61,229 nt of DNA from Flavobacteriales bacterium (GTDB lineage: Bacteria; Bacteroidota; Bacteroidia; Flavobacteriales_F; PHOS-HE28). Position 1 is the stretch's first letter; every line of letters begins with the position of its first letter. Shown in pieces: positions 55,223-61,229 of the stretch. The notes beneath the pieces were generated by a model. The model worked only from the letters and a program-made list of their open reading frames with translations. It ran no database searches and was not told the origin of the DNA. Location of the stretch: assembly GCA_031371785.1 (NCBI GenBank), contig JANMKC010000122.1, positions 1-61,229 on the forward strand, given 5' to 3'. A program made the translations under genes and the position numbers.

Positions 55223-55439
55223 GTTGTTGGTTGATGGTTGTTGGTTCCTGGCGAATTCGGACATGGTGCTACCACCCGGCCGAACAACCAACAACCAGCA
55301 ACCAACAACCAGCAACCAGCAACCAACAACCAACAACCAACAACCAACAACCAGCAACCAACAACCAACAACCAACAACCAGCAACCAGCAACCAGCAAC
55401 CAGCAACCAACAACCAGCAACCAACAACCAGCAACCACC
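55223..55439. repeat. heptamer-arm hairpin element, copy 4 (inverted orientation; one arm expanded to 22 ARCAACC units)
   Basis: The short GGTTG-type arm is at 55223-55246. The core (55247-55282) is the reverse complement of the copy 2/3 core. The CAACC-type arm (55283-55439) consists of 22 consecutive A[A/G]CAACC heptamers. Confidence 0.9.
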
Positions 55440-55471
55440 AAGGATCCTTTCGTTCCACCACCTTCGCGCCG

Positions 55472-56473
55472 ATGGATCTCGTCACCGGCGGCACAGGCAT
55501 CGTAGGCGTTCACGTGTTGAACGAACTGCTCGCGCAAGGACGCGCGGTGCGTGCGCTGCATCGGCGCGAAAGCGATCGCGAGCTGGTGCGGCGGGTATTG
55601 CGCCACTACCACGCGGACGGTAATGCGCGCTTCGATCGCATCGAATGGGTCGAAGGCGACCTGCTCGATGTGGGCTCGCTCCGCGATGCGATGCACGGCG
55701 TTGAACATGTCTTCCATTGCGCCGCGCTCGTCTCGTTCGATCCGCGCGACGCGAAAGCGATGTTCCTGCACAACATCACCGGCACGGCCAACATCGTGAA
55801 CGCGATGCTCGCGACCGATGCGCGCCGCTTGTGCCATGTGAGCAGCACGGCCACCATCGGCTTCCGCGCGGATGGCGGACCCAACAATGAGGACGTGCCT
55901 TTCACGGTGGACAAGAACGCTTCGCCTTATGCCGTGAGCAAGTACGAGGCGGAACTCGAAGTGCAACGCGGCATCGCCGAGGGCTTGCACGCGGTGATGG
56001 TGAACCCCTGCGTGGTGATCGGCCCAGGTCCAGCTGGCCGCAGCAGCATGACCATTGTGGAGCGCTTGCGGAAAGGGTCGCGCTTTTTTACGCCGGGCAG
56101 CAACGCGGTGGTGGACGCGCGCGACGTGGCCAGCGCGATGGTGTTGCTGATGGACACGGGCGTAAGCGGTGCCAGGTACCTGCTGATCGGTGAGAACCTC
56201 AGCTACCAGCAGCTCTTCACATTGATCGCGCAGCGTGCCGGGCATGCGGCCCCCACGATGCGCGCAGCACCGTGGATGCTGGAGATCGCTTGGCGCGCGG
56301 AGCAGCTGCGCACGCTCTTCGGTGGGCGACCGATGGTGACCGAACACACGGCGCGCACCGCTTCACGGCCAAGGAACTACGACGGATCACGGGCGCGTGA
56401 TCTGTTGAAAATGGAATTCCGTTCCGCGGAAGAGGCCGTGGCCAATACGCTCGCGTTCCTGGAGGATCAGTGA
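55472..56473 (+). CDS. NAD-dependent epimerase/dehydratase family protein (SDR)
   Basis: The ATG at 55472 gives MDLVTGGTGIVGVHVLNELLAQG, a Rossmann motif. A YxxxK-type motif is present (YAVSKYEAE). The upstream part of the listed ORF is translated repeat. Confidence 0.8.
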   Translation: MDLVTGGTGIVGVHVLNELLAQGRAVRALHRRESDRELVRRVLRHYHADGNARFDRIEWVEGDLLDVGSLRDAMHGVEHVFHCAALVSFDPRDAKAMFLHNITGTANIVNAMLATDARRLCHVSSTATIGFRADGGPNNEDVPFTVDKNASPYAVSKYEAELEVQRGIAEGLHAVMVNPCVVIGPGPAGRSSMTIVERLRKGSRFFTPGSNAVVDARDVASAMVLLMDTGVSGARYLLIGENLSYQQLFTLIAQRAGHAAPTMRAAPWMLEIAWRAEQLRTLFGGRPMVTEHTARTASRPRNYDGSRARDLLKMEFRSAEEAVANTLAFLEDQ

Positions 56474-56802
56474 GCGGTACTGTCCGCGCGCTGTTGCAGT
56501 TCCGTCAGGATCTCGGTGTACACACCCTTGAGTTCCTCCGGATGCTCCGCGTACCACTGGAAGGTCTTGCGGAATGCTTCTTCGGTGATGCCTTCTTCCT
56601 TGAACATGTCCGAGTAGTACTGCTTCACGGGCATGTCCTTCCGCTGGTCGATCACCATCTCGTGGTTCAGCCGGGCCTCGATCAATTGCGATCCGAGCAA
56701 CGCATGCTTGAAGGTGTCGCGCGGCAAGATGTCCTTGGGCACTTCCGCAGGGCGGGAACAGGCCGCGCAGGCGAGCATGAGGAGGAGGGCGTGCGGTTTC
56801 AT
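56467..56802 (-). CDS. DUF4296 domain-containing lipoprotein
   Basis: The ATG at 56802 gives MKPHALLLMLACAACS. The remainder (ILPRDTFKHALLGSQLIEARLNH...YYSDMFKEEGITEEAFRKTFQWYAEHPEEL) fits DUF4296. The start overlaps the pyrC stop (ATGA). The listed 342-aa ORF is an artefactual extension through pyrC antisense. Confidence 0.7.
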   Translation of the reverse strand: MKPHALLLMLACAACSRPAEVPKDILPRDTFKHALLGSQLIEARLNHEMVIDQRKDMPVKQYYSDMFKEEGITEEAFRKTFQWYAEHPEELKGVYTEILTELQQRADSTAH

Positions 56803-58136
56803 CGGTTGAACGAAAGTCGCATTCCACGCGCATCCCGATCCACTATGCCATCGTTGTACACGAGCGCTCCGTTCACCCATGTCTTCCACACGCGCGATCG
56901 GAAGCGCTGCCCTTCCATCGGCGACCACCCGCATTTGTACAGCAGGTTGTCCCTGGTCACTGTCCATGGGCGGTCCGGATCCACGAGCACGAGATCCGCG
57001 TAGTATCCTTCGCGTATGAAGCCACGCCGATCGATATCGAACAGCCGCGCGGGAGCGTGGCACATCTTCTCCACCACTTGTTCGATCGTGAAAACTTCCT
57101 CGTGCATGAGCTCCAGCATCGCAACGAGCGCGTGCTGCACCATCGGAGCGCCGCTCGGGCATTTCGTGTAGGGCAGCGCTTTCTCTTCGAGCGTATGCGG
57201 TGCATGGTCCGTAGCGATCACATCGATGCGGCCATCGATCACCGCTCGGCGGATGGCATCGCGATCGGTGGCGGTCTTCACCGCCGGGTTCCACTTGATG
57301 CGTGTGCCTTTCGTCGCATAGTCGGCATCGGTGAACCAGAGATGGTGTAAACATGCTTCGGCGGTGATCCGCTTGTTCTCGAGCGGCCCTTTCTCGAAGA
57401 GATCGAGCTCTCGTGCGGTGCTGATGTGCAGGATATGCAATCGCGTGCCGTGCTCCTTCGCACGCGCCACCGCGCTGCTGCTGCTGAGGTAGCACGCTTC
57501 GGCACTGCGGATCAACGGATGCTCTTCCAGCGGGATGTCATCGCCGTAACGTGCGATCGCGTTCGCGAGGTTGGCCTTGATCGTCGGCTCATGTTCCGCA
57601 TGTACGGCGAGGATCATGTGCGCCTTGCGGAAGAGCGCATCAAGCGTGTGCTCATCGTTCACCAGCATGTCGCCGGTGCTGCTGCCGAGGAAGGCTTTCA
57701 ACCCGCACACGTTGCGCGGGTCGGTGCGCAACACCTCATCGAGGTTGTTGTTGCCCACGCCCATGAAGAACGAGTAGTTGGCCACGCTGTGCGCCGCGCC
57801 CAATGCGTATTTCTCCGCGAGCAAGGGTTGCGTGAGCGCGTTCGGCACCGTGTTCGGCATCTCCATGAAACTGGTGATGCCACCGGCCACGGCCGCAGCG
57901 GATCCATGTGCGATGTCGTCCTTGTGCGTGAGGCCAGGTTCGCGGAAATGCACCTGATCATCGATCGCACCGGGCAACAGCCACTTGCCGTCAGCGACGA
58001 CGTCCTTCGCACCGCGTGCCGCACCGATGCCGCGCTCTTCCACGCGTTCGATCACACCGCTGCTTACATGCACATCCGCATGGAACACTCGGCCCTCGTT
58101 CACCAGTTGCGCGCCGCGGATCAGCCAGTTGTTCAT
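56799..58136 (-). CDS. pyrC: dihydroorotase (amidohydrolase superfamily)
   Basis: It carries DDQVHFREPGLTHKDDIAHGSAAAVAGGITSFMEMPNT, then ATDHAPH, and is about 445 aa. It sits in the conserved Bacteroidota order GT2 - dihydroorotase - DUF4296. Confidence 0.88.
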   Translation of the reverse strand: MNNWLIRGAQLVNEGRVFHADVHVSSGVIERVEERGIGAARGAKDVVADGKWLLPGAIDDQVHFREPGLTHKDDIAHGSAAAVAGGITSFMEMPNTVPNALTQPLLAEKYALGAAHSVANYSFFMGVGNNNLDEVLRTDPRNVCGLKAFLGSSTGDMLVNDEHTLDALFRKAHMILAVHAEHEPTIKANLANAIARYGDDIPLEEHPLIRSAEACYLSSSSAVARAKEHGTRLHILHISTARELDLFEKGPLENKRITAEACLHHLWFTDADYATKGTRIKWNPAVKTATDRDAIRRAVIDGRIDVIATDHAPHTLEEKALPYTKCPSGAPMVQHALVAMLELMHEEVFTIEQVVEKMCHAPARLFDIDRRGFIREGYYADLVLVDPDRPWTVTRDNLLYKCGWSPMEGQRFRSRVWKTWVNGALVYNDGIVDRDARGMRLSFNR

Positions 58137-58864
58137 GGCTCACTGCGCGCTTGCCTGATCGTGAACTTCATCTTCAACACGCCGAGGATCGCCTCGCGGA
58201 AGATGTTCGCGCTCATCTTGCTCGTGCCCTTCAAACGGTCCTTGAAGGTGATGGGCACTTCAGCGATGCGGAAACCCGCCAGCCGTGTACGGTATTTCAT
58301 TTCGATCTGGAAGGCGTAACCGATGAAGCGGATCTCATCGAGCGCCACGGTACGCAGTACGCGTTCGCGATAGCACACGAACCCTGCGGTGGTGTCGCGC
58401 ACGCCGAGCCAAAGGATCGCGCGCACGTAAAGCGAAGCCCCGTAGCTGAGCATGATGCGGTCCCAGCTCCAATCCTTCACATGGCCGCCCTTCACATAAC
58501 GCGAGCCCACGCTCATGTCCGCACCATCCTTCGCGCACGCATCATGCAGTCGTACGAGGTCGTCCGGATCATGGCTGAAGTCAGCGTCCATTTCGAAGAT
58601 GAACGCGTAGCCGCGCTTCAAGGCCCATTTGAAACCCGCGATGTACGCGGTGCCCAAGCCGAGCTTGCCTGCGCGTTGGACCAAGTGCAAGCGATCGCCG
58701 TAGGTGCGTTGCAGTTCCTTAACGATGCCCGCCGTGCCGTCCGGCGATCCATCATCCACTACGAGCACATGGAAGACAGGTTCCAACCGGAACACATGCG
58801 CGAGGATCTCCCGGATATTCTCCTGTTCGTTGAACGTGGGGATGATGACGAGGCGTTCTGGCAC
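58133..58864 (-). CDS. polyprenol monophosphomannose synthase (GT2, dolichyl-phosphate mannosyltransferase-like)
   Basis: The N-terminus is (GTG)PERLVIIPTFNEQENIREIL, followed by VVDDGSPDGT and MDADFSHDP. Its stop overlaps the pyrC start. Confidence 0.88.
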   Translation of the reverse strand: MPERLVIIPTFNEQENIREILAHVFRLEPVFHVLVVDDGSPDGTAGIVKELQRTYGDRLHLVQRAGKLGLGTAYIAGFKWALKRGYAFIFEMDADFSHDPDDLVRLHDACAKDGADMSVGSRYVKGGHVKDWSWDRIMLSYGASLYVRAILWLGVRDTTAGFVCYRERVLRTVALDEIRFIGYAFQIEMKYRTRLAGFRIAEVPITFKDRLKGTSKMSANIFREAILGVLKMKFTIRQARSEP

Positions 58865-58948
58865 GCGGCGCGAATGAGCCGCCGAAGATATCCCGCGAGG
58901 CCGCGCGTACTCTTCGGGAATGTCGCCGCTGTGTGATGGATCGTGAAG

Positions 58949-61229
58949 TCAGCGCACGAGCGTCACATGCCCGATCCGTTCGATGCGATCGGTGCCGAAC
59001 CGGTCCTTGCCCGATAATTTCCACACGTACACGCCGATGGGCACCGGTGATCCATTCCCGAAAAGGCCGTTCCATCCGTCGCCCATCACCGACGAAGAGA
59101 ACAGCGGCTGTCCCCAGCGATCGAAGATGTTGAACCGGTAGGTGGACGGATCGATGCCGGAAACGATCGGGGTGAAGATCTCATTGATCCCATCGCCGTC
59201 GGGCGAGAAGGCATTCGGAACGAACAGGCCAGCGCCTTGCGGAACGAGGATGTCCCTGCATACGGTATCGGAGCAATTCGCTGCCGCGAACGCGGTGAGG
59301 CATACCGTGTACTGTCCTTCCAGCTCACCAGGAAAGAGAAAGCTGGGATGCACCTCTTCGCTCGTACCCAGATCGGCGAAGCGCCAGAGGTAGCCGTTCG
59401 CACCGCTGCTGTTGTTCTGGAAGAACGCGAGCGACGCACCGGTATTCAGCTCCGGCGGCAGCACGGTGAAGTCCGCGACGGGGCGATCGAACACGTGTAC
59501 CCCGCCTGCGAGCGATACGGTCGTGCTGCATTGCGCACCAGCACTGATGGTGAGCGTGATCGTGTAGTTGCCGCTGGTCGTGTACTCCACGGGGTCCGGT
59601 GCGCACTGTGTGGATGTGTGGCCATTGCCGAAATCCCAAGTGCATGATCCATTGCCGCTGTATCCGCTGTTGAAGACCACATCGACAGGAGCGCAGCCAT
59701 CATTGACCGATGCGGTGATCACCGGTTGAGGAAGCGGGTTGATGGTAACGATCACTTGCGCCAAGTCCTGCTGGCACGGAGGAAGAGCATTCACCGTGTA
59801 GGTGTATGTACCGGATGCATCGGTTGAGGGATGAACCGTTCCGCTGAACGCGCTGCCGTCAGGTGCGGTCCATGAACCGGTGAGGTCGGCGCTCTCGCCG
59901 AGCAGCGGGTACAACGGGAAGGCGGCGGCATCGCTGCACACGGTGATCGCGGCATCATCGCCCGCGCTCGCTGCTGGAGAAACGATCACCGTTACCGTTG
60001 AAGCATCCGTTGCGCATGGCGCGATGCCTGCGACGGTGTATGTGTACGTGCCGGTGAACGACAGTCCGGGATGGAACGTGCCATTGAACGAGGAACCATC
60101 GGGACCTGTCCAGCTTCCCCCCGCATCAGGCGCACCGCCCAGCAGGTCGATCAAGGCCAGTGCTGCGTCGCTGCTGCACAATGCGACGTTCCCATTGTTG
60201 CCTGCGTTCGGTGCTGGGTTCACTTCCACATTGATGGACGCGCTCGCGGCCGGGCATGGCGCAACGCCTGCGACCGTGTAAGTGTAAACGCCCTGTACAT
60301 CCGCTGCGGGATCGAAGGTGCCGCTGGTCGCCGCGTTGTTCGGATCCGTCCATGTGCCTCCCGGATCCGGTGAGCCGTTCAAACTGCTGAACAGCTGCAC
60401 CACGCCGCTCGTGCTGCACAAGGTGACGTTGCCGACGCTCCCAGCGCTCGCCGACGCACTGATCGAAACCGTGACCACCGCGTGCGCATCGGCGCAGGAA
60501 GAATTGCTCGCCACCGTGTAGGTGTACGCTCCGTTCTGGGCGCTCGCGGGATCCAGCGTGCCGTTGAACGCCGCACCACCGGGCGCTGTCCATGTTCCGT
60601 TCGCATCAGGTGTGCCGAGGAGCGAACCCACGAGAGCGAACGCTGCCTGCTGGTCGCACAGTGCAATGCTGTTGTCCTGGCCCGCGTTCGGTCCCACGGA
60701 TACGCTCACCGTTACTGTTGACGATGATGGCGCACACACACCATTGGCCACGGAGTATGTGTAGACGCCTTGCACCGAAGAAGCCGGATCAAAGGTGCCG
60801 CTGAACGGAACATTGCCCGGACCCGTCCAAGTGCCGCCGATGTCCGGTGTTCCACTGAGTTGATCGAACAGCATGAACGGTACATCACCCGTGCAGCGCG
60901 ACATTGAAGTGCTGATCCCCGCATCCGCTGGTGCGTCGATGCTTACCGTGACCTGCGCGCTGGACGATGTGCATGGTGGAGTGCCCGTGATCGTGTAGGT
61001 GTATACTCCAGCGGGATCAGCAGCCGGATCGAGCAGGTTGCCGTGTGCCGCGCCACCGGGTGCGCTCCACGTTCCGCCCGCTTGCGCGCCGGTGAGCTGC
61101 GCGAAGAGATCCGCTGATGCACCATTGTTGCACAAGGTGATCGTGCCGTTCGTGCCTGCGTTCGGTGAGCTGGTTTCGTTCACCGTTACCGTGGATTGAT
61201 CCGCAAGGCAGGGCGCTGTTCCAGAGAGC
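58949..61229 (-). CDS. large repeat protein with a PKD domain and a T9SS type B C-terminal sorting domain; 5' end lies outside the window
   Basis: The frame stays open to the window edge; the listed start at 61183 is an internal GTG, and upstream codons read ..LSGTAPCLADQSTVTV. There are six ~78-aa NAG..(x)LC..(x)G.PD.GG.WT.P....GTFDP...GVYTYTV...C repeats. The PKD motif is CTWDFGNGHTS...YTITLTIS. The C-terminus is LFVPNAFSPDGDGINEIFTP...FDRWG...GVYVWKL...GHVTLVR. Confidence 0.88.
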   Translation of the reverse strand, partial: LSGTAPCLADQSTVTVNETSSPNAGTNGTITLCNNGASADLFAQLTGAQAGGTWSAPGGAAHGNLLDPAADPAGVYTYTITGTPPCTSSSAQVTVSIDAPADAGISTSMSRCTGDVPFMLFDQLSGTPDIGGTWTGPGNVPFSGTFDPASSVQGVYTYSVANGVCAPSSSTVTVSVSVGPNAGQDNSIALCDQQAAFALVGSLLGTPDANGTWTAPGGAAFNGTLDPASAQNGAYTYTVASNSSCADAHAVVTVSISASASAGSVGNVTLCSTSGVVQLFSSLNGSPDPGGTWTDPNNAATSGTFDPAADVQGVYTYTVAGVAPCPAASASINVEVNPAPNAGNNGNVALCSSDAALALIDLLGGAPDAGGSWTGPDGSSFNGTFHPGLSFTGTYTYTVAGIAPCATDASTVTVIVSPAASAGDDAAITVCSDAAAFPLYPLLGESADLTGSWTAPDGSAFSGTVHPSTDASGTYTYTVNALPPCQQDLAQVIVTINPLPQPVITASVNDGCAPVDVVFNSGYSGNGSCTWDFGNGHTSTQCAPDPVEYTTSGNYTITLTISAGAQCSTTVSLAGGVHVFDRPVADFTVLPPELNTGASLAFFQNNSSGANGYLWRFADLGTSEEVHPSFLFPGELEGQYTVCLTAFAAANCSDTVCRDILVPQGAGLFVPNAFSPDGDGINEIFTPIVSGIDPSTYRFNIFDRWGQPLFSSSVMGDGWNGLFGNGSPVPIGVYVWKLSGKDRFGTDRIERIGHVTLVR

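Noticed and set aside
55283-55439. Possibility that the regular short repeats are a CRISPR array.
   Set aside because: The unit is only 7 nt with no spacers, there are no cas genes in the window, and the tract forms one arm of a hairpin element that also occurs with short arms elsewhere.
55197-55623. ORFs translating to (NNQQPTT)n or (WLLVVGC)n. N-terminal extensions of the same kind are listed for 7936..8892, 42250..43212, 42971..44170, 53875..55500 and 55238..56473.
   Set aside because: These are translations of the heptamer repeat arms. A 7-nt unit read in three frames gives a 7-aa periodic peptide. In every case a conventional ATG with a proper N-terminus (signal peptide, Rossmann motif or conserved family start) lies just downstream of the repeat.
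56467-57495. A 342-aa ORF overlapping pyrC on the same strand in another frame.
   Set aside because: Only its last 111 codons, from the ATG at 56802, look like a real protein (a lipoprotein signal plus DUF4296-like sequence). The upstream part runs through pyrC in an alternative frame and is Arg/Ala/His-rich noise.

Overview
About 61 kb of high-GC chromosome (roughly 58-60% GC in hand-counted sample lines), almost certainly from a Bacteroidota organism. The evidence is many proteins with type IX secretion (T9SS) C-terminal sorting domains, a PorP/SprF gene, a PorE-like gene and a DUF4296-pyrC-GT2 operon. Housekeeping genes are clear: rfbA, a polyprenyl synthetase, sucA-sucB, trmB, tyrS, pyrC, a Na/Pi cotransporter, a histidine kinase and an RND/MMPL transporter. 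Accessory content: (1) a modestly lower-GC three-gene insertion right after sucAB, made of a Schlafen/AlbA_2-HATPase_c_4 protein, DUF2442 and a COG3183-type HNH nuclease; (2) a compact type II restriction-modification pair (m5C methyltransferase plus a PD-(D/E)XK nuclease); (3) at least eight T9SS cargo genes. One cargo gene encodes a 4119-aa adhesin with about 41 tandem 85-90-aa repeats. It is translationally coupled to its own PorP/SprF gene, which is followed by a PorE-like gene. The most unusual non-coding signal is a family of intergenic hairpin elements. Their arms are tandem heptamers (GGTTGYT on one side, ARCAACC on the other) around a conserved ~30-nt core. There are four copies, and one has a single arm expanded to 22 heptamer units. 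Two further palindromic repeat types and several hairpin terminators are also present. I recognised no rRNA, tRNA, CRISPR array, transposase or integrase. Many long ORFs in the six-frame track are antisense or repeat-derived artefacts of the GC-rich sequence. All family assignments come from reading motifs by eye; no database search was possible.
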